Shown here: positions 11,726-23,936 of the stretch, in pieces
How the letters are laid out: every line of letters begins with the position of its first letter
How positions within the stretch are numbered: the stretch's first letter is position 1
NCBI GenBank assembly: GCA_013265495.1
Contig: MU058781.1
Location: forward strand, 1,778,963 to 1,842,962
Source of the DNA: Vicugna vicugna
Lineage: Eukaryota
Length of the DNA stretch: 64,000 nucleotides
Reading direction: 5' to 3'
Notes under the pieces: model-generated
Seen by the model: the letters and a program-made list of their open reading frames with translations, nothing else
What the model was told of the DNA's origin: nothing
The model's database searches: none
Made by a program: the position numbers and the translations under genes

Positions 11726-13792
11726 ATAAATTTTACAATCAGCTTGTCAACATTCCACAAAAATTCTTGCAGAAAGTTTGGTTGGGATTGTGTTGAATCT
11801 ATAGATTAATTTGGGGACAACTGACATCTTAATGATATTGAGTTTTCCAATCCATGAACTAGTATTTCTTACCATGCATTTAGAACTTCCTTGACTTCTT
11901 TTCATCACTGTTGTGTAGTTTTAGGCATATATTTCATTAAATTTATACCTAAGTATTTAATGGGTTTTGGTGCTATTGTAAATGGTTTTTACATTTTTAT
12001 TAAAATTTTTAAAATAAAATTTCAACTTATGATTGTTTGTTGCTAGTACGTAGAATTATCATTGATTTTTTTGTACATTGACATTGTATCTTGTGACCTT
12101 GCCAAACTTATTCATTCATTCTAGAAGCTTTTTTGTAGACTCTTTGAGATTCTCTACATATATTATCATGTCACCTGTGAACAGGGGCGGTTGTATTTCT
12201 TCCTTTCCCATCAGTATGTCTTTTCCTTCCTTTTCTTGATTCATCATATTGACCAGGACCTCCAATATGATGTTGAATGGGAGTATGAGACCAGACATCT
12301 ATTCCTTGTTCCTGAGATTAGGGGTCAAGCTTTCAGTCTTTGACTATTAAGTATGATGATTGTTGCAGGGTTTTTGTTGGTGTCCTTTATCAGGCTGAGT
12401 AAATTCCCTCTTTTCCTAGTTTGCTGAGATTTTTCAAAAAAATAAACATATGTTGAATTTGGTAAAAATGCTTTTGCCATGTTTATTGAGATAATCTTTT
12501 TTTTCTCTTTAGTCCGTTGATGTGGTAAATTTCGTTGACTTATGTTGAATGTTGAATTAATGCTTCATTTCCTGAATAAAACTCACTTGGTCATGACGTG
12601 TACTCTCATGCTTACATTATTGCTGGGTTCCATTTGCTGACATTTTGCTGAGACTTTTTTTGCTTCTCTGTTCTTGAGAGTTATTATTCTGTTTTCTTAT
12701 GATATCTTTGCCTGGTTTTGGTATCAGGATAAAGCTGGTCTCAAAAACTGAGTTGGGAAGTCCTCCCTTCTCTTCCATTTTCTGTGGAAGTTTGTGTCAG
12801 ACTGATACTATTTCTTCTTTAAAATGCTTTGCAGGATGTACCATTGAACTCTTCTGAGTCAGAAGCTTTCTTTCTTAAAAAAAAATTAAAATTTGAATTC
12901 AGTTTTTTTAATGGACATAAGATCATTCAAGTTATACATTTCATCTGGAATGAGCTTTGGTAATTTGTGTCTTTCAAAGAATTTGTCCATTTTTATTGTC
13001 AAATCTGTGGCGTAATGTTGCACATCATATTTCCTTATTGTCCTTTAAATGTCTGTGGGATCTGTAGTAATATTTCCTCTTTCATTCCTAATACTGGTAA
13101 TTTGAGTCCTCTCTTATATCCATGGTCAGCCTGGCTAGAGGCGTATCAATTTTACTGATCTCTTCAAAGAATCAGCTTTTGGTTTCATTGTTTTCACTAT
13201 TGTTTTTATGTTTTCAGTTTCATTGATTTCTGCTCTTCCTTTGTTATTTCCCTTCTTCTCTTGTTTTGGGCTAGTTTACTTTTCTTGTTCGAATTTTTTA
13301 AGGTAGAAACGTAGATGATTGATTTAAGATTCTCTTCTTCTCTGATGTAAGCATATAGTGCTATAATTTTTGTCTAAGCATTAGCTTAACTACATCCCAC
13401 ATAATTTGATATGTTGTGATTTCACTTTTATTCAATTCAAAATATTTTCTGCTTTCCTATGATTTCCTTTCTTACCCATATGTTATTTAGTAATTTTTTT
13501 ATTTCCAAAGGTTTGGGGGTTTTCCAGATATTTCTTTGTTATGGATTTACAGTTTAATTCTGTTAAAGTTAAAAAAAGCATACTTTGTATGGTTTCAATT
13601 CTTTTAAATTTGTGGAAGCATTTCAGAATAGGAATTGATTCATTTAGCCCAGATTATGGCCTATGTTAGTAAATGTCCCACGTGTACTTAAAGAGAATGT
13701 GCATTCTGTCATTGTTGGGTAGAATGCTGGCTTCACCCAAAGTCAGCTAGGCCAAGTTTGGTCTTCTATATACTTAGGTTGCCCTAATCTTT

Positions 13793-14157
13793 TTTTTTTT
13801 AATTGAAATATAGTTGACTTATAATATTGTATTAGTTTTAGGTATACAGCATAGTGATATTTAGTTATGTTTTAAAAATCACATTTCATTTAGGTTATTA
13901 CAAGATATTGAATATCATTCCCTGAGCTATATAGTAAATCCTTGTTACTTATCTGTTTTATGTATAGTAGTTTGTATCTGTTAATCCCATGATCTTAATT
14001 TGCCCCTCCCTCCCTCCCCTCTTTGGTAACTATAAATTTGTCTTCTATGTCTGTGAATCTGTTTTTATTTTGTACATAGATTCATGTGCATTCTTTTTTA
14101 GATTCTACATATGCGTGATATCATATAGTACTTGTCTTTCTCTGTCTGACTTACTGC
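13793..14157 (-). mobile_element. Younger L1 3' end (5'-truncated)
   Basis: Poly-T start and L1 3'UTR motifs; TSD AGG(T/C)TGCCCTAATCTTT at 13776-13792 and 14158-14174. Confidence 0.85.
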
Positions 14158-14384
14158 AGGCTGCCCTAATCTTTAATCACAATGCACCTTCAAATAATAT
14201 ACTGCCTCTCATACAGTACAAGAATGTTATGACAGTATGTTTCCATTTCCCTGCTTCTATCTTTTGCGCTGTTGTTGGCACAAATTTTTCTTTTCTGTGT
14301 ACTATAATTCTACAATTCATTGCTAGTATTTTTGCTTTAGATAATCAATTACCTTAGAGCAATTAAAAACAAATGTCTTTTCAA

Positions 14385-15765
14385 AGGAGGCAAGAATATA
14401 CAATGAAGAAAAGACAGTCTCTTCAGCAAGTGCTACTGGGAAAACTGGACAGCTGCATGTGGAAAAATGAATTAGAACGTTCTCTAACATCATGTACAAA
14501 AATACACTCAAAATGGATTAAAGACGTACATGTAAGACTAGAAACCAAAAAATTCCTGGAGGAAAACATAGGCAGAACATGCTTTGGCATAAATTGCAGC
14601 AGTATTTTTTTAGATCTGTTTCCTAAAGCAAAGGAAATAAAAGCAAAAATAAACAAATGGAATGTAATTAAACTTAAAAGCTTTTGCACAGCAAAGGGAA
14701 CCATCAACAAAACAAAAAGACAGCCTACTGAAAAGGAGATAATATTTGCAAATGATATGACCAATAAGGGGTTATACCCAACATATATAAACAGCTCCTA
14801 CAACTCAACATCCAAAAAACAAACAACCCAATTGAAAAATGGGCAGAAGAACTCCACAGACATTTTTCCAAAGAAGAAATGCAGATGGCCAACAGGCACA
14901 TGAAAAGATGCTCAGCATTGCTAGTCATCAGGGAAATGCAAATGAAAACCAAAATGAGACATCATCTCACACCTATCAGAATGGCTATCATCAAACAGAA
15001 CACAAATAACAAATCTTGGTGAGGATATGGAAGAAAAGGGAACTCTCACACACTGTTGATAGGAATGTAAATTGGTGCAGCCACTGTGGAAAACAGTATG
15101 GCGGTTCCTCAAAAAACTAAAACTAGAACTGCCATATGACCCAGCGATTCCACTCCCGGGTAGATATCCGAATAACACCCAAACCACTAATTCGAAAAGA
15201 CACATGCATCCCGACATTGACAGCAGCATTATTTATAATTGCCAAGATATGGAAGTGACCTAAGTGTCCATCAGCAGGTGAATGGATAAAGAAGATGTGG
15301 TGTATACATACATATATACACAATGGAGTACTACTCAGCCATAAATAGAATGAGATTCTGCTATTTGCAGCAAAATGGAGGGACTTAGAGGACATTATGC
15401 TAGGTGAAATAAGCCAGACAGAGAAAAACAAATACTGCATGTGTTACTTACACATGGAATCTAAAAAATACAACAGACTATAGAATACACCAAAAAAGCT
15501 GCAGACTTACAGAAACAGAGGACAAACTAGTGGTTACCAGTGGGGAGAGGGAAGCAAGGAAGGGCAATATAGGGGTCAAGAAGTAAGAGGTACAAACTAT
15601 TATATATAAAATACACTACAAGGATGTATTGTACAACATGGGGAATATGGCCAATATTTTATAATAACTATCAATGGAGTGTAACCTTTAAAAATTGTGA
15701 ATCACTAAATTGTACACCTGTAACTTACATACTATTGTTATCAACTACACGTCAATTAAAAAAAA
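14385..15765 (+). mobile_element. 5'-truncated L1 (ORF2 C-terminus + 3'UTR)
   Basis: ORFs [39 protein letters not shown] and [27 protein letters not shown] are classic L1 ORF2 C-terminal sequence; A-tail; TSD-like AAAA..GTCTTTT on both sides. Confidence 0.92.
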
Positions 15766-15884
15766 GTCTTTTACATCTTACCTTCAGTTTAACCCATTTG
15801 GGAAACCTTCATTTCCTTGTGTGGATTCAACTTTCTGTCTCATATATTCCGTACTAACTGCCAATGATCCCTTTTTGCTGGTCC

Positions 15885-16021
15885 CTTAACTATATTCAGT
15901 ATCTTGTAATCACCTATAATGGAAAAGAATAAATATGTGTGTGTAACTGAATCACTATGCTGTCCACCAGAAACTAACACAACATTGTAAATCAACCATA
16001 CATCAATTTTTTTAAAAAAAA
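15885..16021 (+). mobile_element. L1 extreme 3' fragment
   Basis: aactatattcagtatcttgtaatcacctataatggaaaagaa..ccagaaactaacacaacattgtaaatcaac. Confidence 0.75.
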
Positions 16022-16837
16022 GCCCCTATCTTTGGATTACTAGTGGCTGAGGTCCCGGTGACCCCTGCTGCCATTCACCCCATCAGCCTGCTTCCGACCT
16101 AAAGCATCCTAGGGCTTTGCTGAGGTCAGGCAACCTGCCAGCTCCACCTTGGCAGGAGAGCCTGGGTTCCCGAGATAACTGGTTCTGTGCTTCTCCAATC
16201 ACAACCTGATTACAGCCCTGGACTGTTCTTGGTGAGCTGTGACAGCTACCACCGCAGGGGCTGTCAGACCCTATGCAGTGATTCCTGAGATTCCTTTTTG
16301 GTCTGTTACAGTAATTCAGAAAGGAAGCTCTTCTTTCCAGTACTTGGAAGGACTATGTCATCGCACATCTTTATCAGAGATATCTATTTCTCTGGCTTTA
16401 CGAGATTAAGCAAAATGGGGATGCTGGGCACCAAGTTTTCCACTTCTCTTTTGTCACCCATCAGTAGCACTAGGTTAGTCTCCGGCTGCCTGACCCTGTG
16501 CCCCAAGCCTGGTTGTTCCCCACCGCATGTCCTCATATACACAGTGGTTACTGTGTTCTCAGAAAAAACAAATATGTTTTAACATTACTCAAAAACAAAC
16601 CTAAGTAGGGAGGTAAATCAACTGTGAACTCCTTCCCTCCAAATCATATGGGACAATGAATTTAAAAGCCAGAAGCAAAATATTTAAATTATCCACGCTA
16701 GCAGTCCTTACAGCTAAGGAAGAAAGGTGAGTTAACAGTATAGCCTAGACGCTCTTCCTTGGAAGATACAGTGGTCACTTCAAAAATCAGTGTTATTTTA
16801 TTTCCAATAATTTTTATTATTTTTACATTTGTGGCAT

Positions 16838-17211
16838 GTGGTAGTTGCTAGGGCTATCCATCAAGTATTTCTGGTTTTCCACCCAGATGGGCAGTGGCAT
16901 TGTATTTCCAGAACACCGCAGTTTAGGTGTGGCCATATGATTTGCTTTCGTTAAGAAAATACAGGTGGAGGTAATAGATGCCACCTCCAGGCCAGCACTG
17001 AGAGCCAGGGCACGACTGCCCCGCTATCACTCCCTCTGCTGTGGTGGCCACTCCATCAACCTGATTCCCCTAAAAGTGACTACACCAGGCGAAGCCCCCA
17101 GTTAGCTGTGTGGTGGACATGAAGCACGAGCTAGAAGGAAACCTTCGCTGTTTTAGTTACTGAAACTGAGATTGTTATCACAGCATCACCTAACCTTGCG
17201 TGACTGATGCA
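16838..17211 (+). mobile_element. MaLR LTR (MLT1I/J-like)
   Basis: aggtgtggccatatgatttgcttt..aaaccttcgctgttttagttactga..ttgttatcacagcatcacctaacc..tgactgatgca. Confidence 0.7.
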
Positions 17212-17702
17212 TAGGGTTTCTTAAAAGCGTCTGGAGATTAAATGAATGGCTTCCAGATAACCTCTTGGATAAGTTCAGAAAAAATTTTGGCTTGATGAAT
17301 GTAATAAAATGACCCTCTACAAATTTAAGGGACTATTGATAATTTTGCCACACTTTCTAAAAAGGCTCATTTTCTAACTTACATAATATATAACAATTAT
17401 ATTTCTATATGAGTATATACATATGTATGTATATATATCACGCTACAGAAAGTTTTTTATTTTCAAGAACGTTAAAAGTTTTACACTGACAAGGCAACAT
17501 GGAGGAAATTACCCTTGCATTTAATATTAAAAATTTCACACTGTAAAAACTTTGGTTCTTAAGCCTGCTTATGTCCATATTCTACCAGACTAGCTCTTTG
17601 TATATATATAAACTGTAAGAAACTGACAATCAAGATTGAATAGGCAAATCGATTATTCAACTAAATTTTTGCTAAGCTTCACTGTGCCAAATTTATATTT
17701 TA

Positions 17703-17716
17703 GCACCCTCTGCTGG
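17703..17716 (-). promoter_or_regulatory. Candidate CTCF site
   Basis: Minus strand reads CCAGCAGAGGGTGC, close to the CTCF core CCASYAGRKGGCRS. Confidence 0.45.
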
Positions 17717-18644
17717 AGACATTGCATGCACCTCTGATAAACATAGGTGATTCCTGCCAATGTGATGTTTTTGACTTGTGCTTTTCAAATATAGGCCCTG
17801 GAGAATGTATTATTTATACTCTGTACTAAAAGAAGCTTCTCCTCTAAACAAATGCCCTCTGACAAACGATCCATCCACCAGGGGGATTTGCCTCCTGCAG
17901 ATCTCACAAGAAAAAATAATACAGATGTATATGCAGTCATTAATGTGTGTATAATTCACACATTCACAGTGTAAAAATATACTTAGTGAAAATCAGAAAT
18001 TTGTAATATTTGCCTTTTGCCTTTTAAATTATAGTGTGTCTTGGTGTGGTCCTCTCTGGGATGATCCTGTTTGGGACTCTTGGTCCTAGTCTCACAGGAA
18101 GGGGATTTAAACTAGATCTGTAGATATTAAAGTTTTTTGTTTGCAGCCCACAGTAAGAAATATATTTTAAGTGTGGTCTTCTGCATAAATGAAATTTTCA
18201 TAAATAAGACAACGTCTTTATAAAATGTACTCTGACATTTCCTATTCTATTGCAATCCTCTGAACAAATAGTTTTCACAATTCATGCAAGCATGGCGACC
18301 CAATGCTTGAAAAATCTGAACTCCAGGACCCTTTCAGCTTTCTTTCTGTCTTATTTTTCCTTACTGTTCATCAACAAAATATGATAAGCTTTGTGTTGCA
18401 TTTAGGCTTCTGAAGCATGCATTTGTCTTTCTTATTGCGTGCGACGGAATACTGGAAGGTGGCATTCACAGTAGGATGTCAGGAAAGACCTGCTGTGTCT
18501 TTTGGAGCAATTTACAGTATAGGGCCCAGTTACTTCATTTCTCCCCCAGTCTACGACATTACTACTTGTCTGATTCTTGGAATGTTATGGAGGTAAGTGG
18601 AAGTATTTTTCCTCCTATCACCACTTAACTCTCACTTGAGCAGG

Positions 18645-18840
18645 CGGAATGAGCATAGTGGTTAAGAGTGTGGTCTCGCGGCTGACTGTCTGGATCTGCA
18701 TCCTGGTTCTCCTGTTACAATCGGTGTGCCTTTGGTCTGGTTACTTAGTCTCCTGTGCCTCAGCTTTCCCAGCTATACAATGGGAAAAAGAATAGCTCCT
18801 ACACAACAGAATTGAGGTGAAGACTAAATGAGTTAACAGA
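18645..18840 (+). mobile_element. MIR SINE
   Basis: gcatagtggttaagagtgtgg..ctgtgcctcagctttcccagctatacaatggg..actaaatgagttaa. Confidence 0.75.
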
Positions 18841-19429
18841 GTAGACAGGAGCAACAGGAGTGCCGTTAGTGCCGCTTAGCCAGGCTGCCCTTAAGAGACA
18901 AGGTAACATTTAAGCCTCACTTCACATTTTCATGATAACGTAGAAAAGTGCTGTATTGATACGTCTTTTTTTAAAAGAATGGCTTTAAAGTAGTAGCTTG
19001 AGCTACAATATTAAGTCCAATGAAGGTGTTTTTAGTAATCCCCAAATGCAGTTTTTCCCAGTCATGATTCAAATAGACCTGCAATAACGTAGTTATTCAG
19101 CTGATTAACGTCCTTTGTTCCCTATGGAGTACACCAGGGAAAAATGATTCTAACAGACGTTTAAATTTTGTTCCAGAAAATAATGATCCAGTGAAATAAC
19201 ACATTTCTCTGGAAATGTTAAGAATCAGGGCTTTATTCTTCAAACTGAAGGATTCAGATTCCATTCTGTGTATCACAAAGGAAAACATGACATGATTTAG
19301 GGGTTCCTTTTCTCTTAGAGCCCCCTTTCTACTTTCTTTGTCGTTGCCCAATTTTCTGGTGGGCAGAAGTGGTTATGGTATTTTAGAATAAAGATAGGTT
19401 GAGCTGCTAAAGGAAAGAAATATGGTATT

Positions 19430-19765
19430 TGTTATGGACTAAAGGATTGTGTTTCATATGTTGAAATCCTAACTCACAATGTGACAGTACTAGGAGATGG
19501 GCCTTTGGAAAGTAATTAGATCATGAAGGTAGAGCCCCCATCACAATGAGATTAGTGCCTTTGTAAAGGGGACCCCAGAGAGCTCTCTTTATCTGCTACA
19601 TGAGGACAAAGCAAGAAGATGAACCAGGAAGTATTTCTTCACCAGACACTGAATCTGTTGGCGCCTTGATCGTGGACTTTCCAGCCTCCAGAAGTGTGGG
19701 AAATTAAGGTTTATCGTTTAAGCCACTCAATATTTTTGTTATAGCAGCCTCGGTGAACTAAGACA
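19430..19765 (+). mobile_element. MaLR LTR (MLT1A-like)
   Basis: TGTTATGGACT..atgttgaaatcctaactcacaatgtgacagta..gactttccagcctccagaagtgtg..ttgttatagcagcc..actaagaCA. Confidence 0.85.
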
Positions 19766-20387
19766 ATATCCAGTATAAATGTTCAACCTACTAAACTGTG
19801 AAAATAATAGCATAGCCATCTTTTGCAGTTCTAAATTGTTTAACTTTAAAAAAAACTAACAAATTAACCTGAACAGCTTCAACATAAACTTTTATACTTA
19901 TGGTCTAAAACCGAATATTCTGTCATGGGAACGATTAGACCAAGAAAGGAAACGAGTATCAGCCATATGTGCCTTCTCGCTCCTGACAAGCTGTTCCTGT
20001 CTGTGTAGATAAAAATCTATTGCTATAATTAGCGGTTTAAGTTGCCATCGGGAAACTGGTGTGTGTTCAGTGTCTAACTATAACTTAACTAAACCACTTT
20101 TAAGACTTAAATTATGTGGATTTCCACGAGGTCAGGATGAGAATAGGAAACAGCATACTTGGAATAAAGTTCTTTTCCCAAATAAGGTCGAAAAGGAACA
20201 TTTGAACTCTTTTCCTTTCCCTGGCTTCTCACTCCTGTTAGTCACAAAGCTTGCCCTTCTTAGTGGTGTCTCTTGAACCCAACCTGTCCTTTCTACCCCT
20301 CTGCTCCCCCAGTGTCCTTGCCTGCAACCTCACCAGTCCACATCTGCACCCCCGCAGCCTCCTCGAGGCCACCTTGACGCTTGCAAG

Positions 20388-20590
20388 TGAAGCAACATTT
20401 CCCCTCTACTCTCTTAGGCTGGGCCTAAGAACTAACTGGACAGGAGGCAGATGAACAGGAGAAAAGCATGCAAATCTTATTTAGTAATTTTTACATGTAC
20501 GTGGGAGTCTTCACAAGAACAATGAAGACAAAGAAGCCATTAGGGTCCAAGCTTATACACTAAGTTGGACAAAATGTAGTGAAGACAGTA
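20388..20590 (-). mobile_element. ERV1-class LTR fragment (MER34/MER39-like)
   Basis: ctgggcctaagaactaactggacaggaggcagatgaacaggagaaaagcatgcaaa..tttacatgtac. Confidence 0.5.
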
Positions 20591-21650
20591 TTTGGAAAAC
20601 ATGTCTGTATGACTTAATTGTCCAAAACTACACAACGATGTCTCCAGTCTGCACACAATCTTGGAACCAGAATGATTTCACTTTAAAATGTCCCACACAA
20701 AGCATTCTCATGGATTTTTAACCTATTCATACAAATAACAAAAATGCAATATCTTCCAATTAGTGTTCGAGAATAACATAGAAAAGATGGTGATTTACCC
20801 GATGAATGTCAGCGCCAGTCTTTGTGTAGGAAGCAGATGGGGCTGAAAACGTGTGTATCCCAATCCAGAAAGTCAGTCAGAGATGCTCTCCTTTCATTGG
20901 GATCTCTGAATCTTTTTCAGACATCTTTTACAATTATAACAAAGGTTAAAATTAATTATTGAGATAAACCCAACTTCGGTGGCGGAGCTGCTGAATCTCA
21001 AAGTGTTAATCATTTTCAAAAGATTTTCTTAAAAGTAATGAAGACTAATTTGTTGGTTACCATGGGTTGACTTGTGTTCCACAAAGAGATAAGGTGAAAT
21101 CCTCACCTCCAGTGCCTCAACACGATTTTATTTGGAAATAGGATCATTGCAGATATAACTAGTTAAATTAATGATTGGTGTCCTTATGAGAAGAGAAGGC
21201 TGAGACAGGATTTATGCGGCCACATAAACAAAAGCTGGAAGAGGCAAGAAAGGGTCCTCCCCTCGAGTCTTCAGAGCGGCCATGGCCCTGCCAACACCTG
21301 ATTTTGTACCTCTAACCCCCAGAACTGTGGGACAATACATTTCGGTTGTTTTAAGCTACCCAGTTTGTGGTACTTCATTAACGGCAGCCCTAAAACACTA
21401 AACAGTGTTGTGAAAATTTTTTCCTACCATTAAAAATAAAATTTTAAAAACTCAAATGTTTAATTTTGTCTCTTTCTCATCTTTGGAAGCTAACAAACAT
21501 GTATTAAAGATGTGTGCTCAATATTTTTTTTAAAAAACAAAGAACGGCAAGCAATTTTTTTTAAAGGAGTATGTGCTGGAAATTGTATTTGAAAAGCTGT
21601 TTGTAGAAATAATTGGTGGCCTCGGATGTTGAGCTTCTTAATTCGTTTCT
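20590..21650. mobile_element. Old hAT-type DNA transposon remnant (Zaphod/Arthur-like) interrupted by MLT1
   Basis: AT-rich degraded segments on both sides of the MLT1 (aaagcattctcatggattt..); family assignment tentative. Confidence 0.35.
21056..21404 (+). mobile_element. MaLR LTR (MLT1B/C-like)
   Basis: ttatttggaaatagg..tgcagatataactagttaa..catggccctgccaacacctgatttt..ccagaactgtgggacaatacatttc..ggcagccctaaaacactaaaCA. Confidence 0.8.
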
Positions 21651-22467
21651 GCCAGGCCTTGGGGCTATGGTAATCCAGGATTCCCTTAATCCAATTTCAG
21701 GATTTGAGCTTTTCTGGGTCAGCTAGATCCGGCAAAGCTGACCCAGCCTGCAGGGTTATTTTTGGTTCTCCTTACTTCTGGGGTGCAAACTTTTGATGTC
21801 CCAGCCCCATGTGGCTGGTAGTCCTCAGTGCCCTGAGCCCAGAGTCCCCAGGAGCTTGGAAGGCACCGCCCAGAACCCTCCTTCAGGACCTCCCCAAACC
21901 CTCTGCTAAAAGAGCCCAAATACCCAGCTGGTGTTTCTGGATTTCCATTCTGTCCTCTCCCTTCTCTTGGAGCAATTAGTCCTCATTATCTTCTTAGTTT
22001 TGTGACACTTAGATTTTTTTTTTTAATTTCAGAGTTTTAAGTGTTATTCAGCCAGAAGGTTGGCTCTGTTTATCTAGTCTATCATCACCAAAAGCACAAA
22101 GACAGTTTAGAGACCACTATCCTAGACCATGCCAATGATCTTTTAACATCTCCAATCTTTCTTCCTCCTCAATTTCACCTTCTCTCTGCTGCCAGGTCAA
22201 TATTTTTAAACAATACTTCCATCAAGTCACTTCTCTGCTCGAAAACAAAAACAAACAAAACAAAACCAAAAAATCCCCCCTCCCAAGCCCTCAATGACAC
22301 ACTTGTGGTAGCTCTGTACTATGTCAACTTAGCTAGACTGGAATTTCCCAGAATTTCCTTTTCTGAATGGTTCTGGATCAGTGCTGGCCAAGAGAGACAT
22401 TTTGGATGCTATCTGGGAGGCAGAAATGAAGCAGCTGCCAATTAAAAAATAATGTTTTCATGGCTCT

Positions 22468-22605
22468 GGGAGGAGGGTGTATCTCAGTGACAGAGTGTGC
22501 ACTTAGCATGCATGATGTCCTGGGGTCAATCTCCAGTACCTCCACTAAAAATAATAAATAAATAAACCTGATTATCCTCCCCCCACAAAATAAGTAAATA
22601 AATAA
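22468..22605 (+). mobile_element. Camelid tRNA-derived SINE (vic-1-like)
   Basis: Same consensus as the 1963 copy; TSD AATG(T/C)TTTCATG(G/A)CT at 22451-22465 and 22606-22620. Confidence 0.85.
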
Positions 22606-22703
22606 AATGCTTTCATGACTGGTGGAAGGGGCCAGGCACACTGCCTCTGATCTGCCAGTACCCCACCCATTGTCATGGGAAGCCCTGGACCACAGTTCCT
22701 CCA

Positions 22704-23163
22704 TGTAGGGGGCTGAATGGTGCTGTCCTATCCCCTCTCCCCACATTCACACCCACCTAGAATCTCAGAATGTAACCTTATTGGGAAATAGGGCCTATGC
22801 AAGTGTAATTAGTTGCATTAAGATGAAGACCTACTATGTCAGGGTGGACCCTGAATCCAATGACTGGGGTCCTTATAAGAGGCCACGTGAAGACACAGAG
22901 ATACAGACACCAAATGGAGGGAGGCCGTGGGAAAACAGAGGCAGAGATTGGAGTGATGCAGGTGCAAGCCAGGAAAGGCCAAGGACTGCCAGCCACCTGG
23001 GAGTCAGGGAGGATTCTGCCCTACAGCCTTCAGAGGGAGTGGGCCCTGCCGGCACCTTGAGTTCAGGCTTGTAGCCTCCTAAACTGTGAGCAAACACATT
23101 TCTGTTGTTTTGAGCAGCCCAGGTTGTGGTACTTGGTCAGGGCAGCCCTGGGAAACGAGTGCA
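22704..23163 (+). mobile_element. MaLR LTR (MLT1B/C-like)
   Basis: ctcagaatgtaaccttattgggaaatagg..gggtggaccctgaatccaatgactggggtccttataaga..gaggcagagattggagtgatgca..cagccctgggaaac. Confidence 0.85.
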
Positions 23164-23847
23164 CCCGCCCTCATCCTCTAATCGCTCCCACTCTTGGACT
23201 GAGAGCGCATGCAGCTCCACTGTGAAGGGAGCCAGCTTCTCCTACGCGTCAAATACAGCATCGAGGCCGGAGGGGTGGACAGGCAAATGTGGGTTCCAGT
23301 TAGTCTCTGTAGGTAAGGGTTGTCTTCGTTGGTCCTAGTTTGCTCTCACCCATATCCACTCCAACTTTCCTTCCCAATGCCCACTGTAGCAACTGTGGGC
23401 TCAGCAGTAGACACGAGGCAACTGCCTGCATGGGCGGCCCCACCACTCACACAGTTGCCTTTAATTCTCGTATTTTACTTATACTACATGGTGCATGGTG
23501 GTTCTGCTTCTCTGATCAAACCCTGAGAGGCTGCTTTCCAAATTAAGTAAAAATGAATTGAATGAAACCAATCCTGCTATCAGTTCCTTCCACTCTCCAT
23601 TAGAACATTTTAGATTATTAAGGTTATTAACTAACGTTTATTGAAGACCTCCTAAGTGCGGCTCACGATGATAAACAAGATCTTTACAGCATCTGATTAA
23701 ATTCTCACAACATCCCACCTAAATATTCATCAATAAGAAAATGGCTAAATAAGTTACAGCCCAGCTCTATAAATGATACAGAAATTTAAAAAAACGAGAC
23801 AGTCTTCTAGATATGGGTATGGAAGTATCTCCAAGACATATATATAA

Positions 23848-23936
23848 TTTTTTTTTAATGGCGGTACTGGAGATTGAACCCAGGACCTTGTGCATGCTAA
23901 GTATGTGCTCTACCACTGAGCTGTACCCTCACTCCC
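23848..23936 (-). mobile_element. Camelid tRNA-derived SINE (short form)
   Basis: GGTACTGGAGATTGAACCCAGGACCTTGTGCATGCTAAG..TACCACTGAGCT; TSD AAGACATAT at 23833-23841 and 23942-23950. Confidence 0.85.

Larger units (their letters stand above)
10590..14380 (-). mobile_element. Old L1 (L1M-type) ORF2 remnant, interrupted by two younger L1 3' fragments
   Basis: Minus-strand ORFs resemble L1 ORF2 (DFDKGAKAIQ..FNKWCKNNW; FNIILEVL..LFTGDMIIYVENLKESTKKLLE); many stops and frameshifts. Confidence 0.85.
22304..23530 (+). mobile_element. Old ERVL-class LTR containing a nested SINE and a nested MLT1
   Basis: tgtggtagctctgtactatgtcaacttagctagactggaatttcccagaatt at the start and ttctgcttctctgatcaaaccctga at the end. 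Confidence 0.5.

Noticed and set aside
14373..15263. Protein-coding gene from the 176-aa and 63-aa ORFs
   Set aside because: Frameshifted L1 ORF2 C-terminal fragments.
16030..16560. Possible processed pseudogene fragment
   Set aside because: No recognisable protein in the frames I examined, and no polyA tail or TSD; could be an old ERV/L1 remnant.
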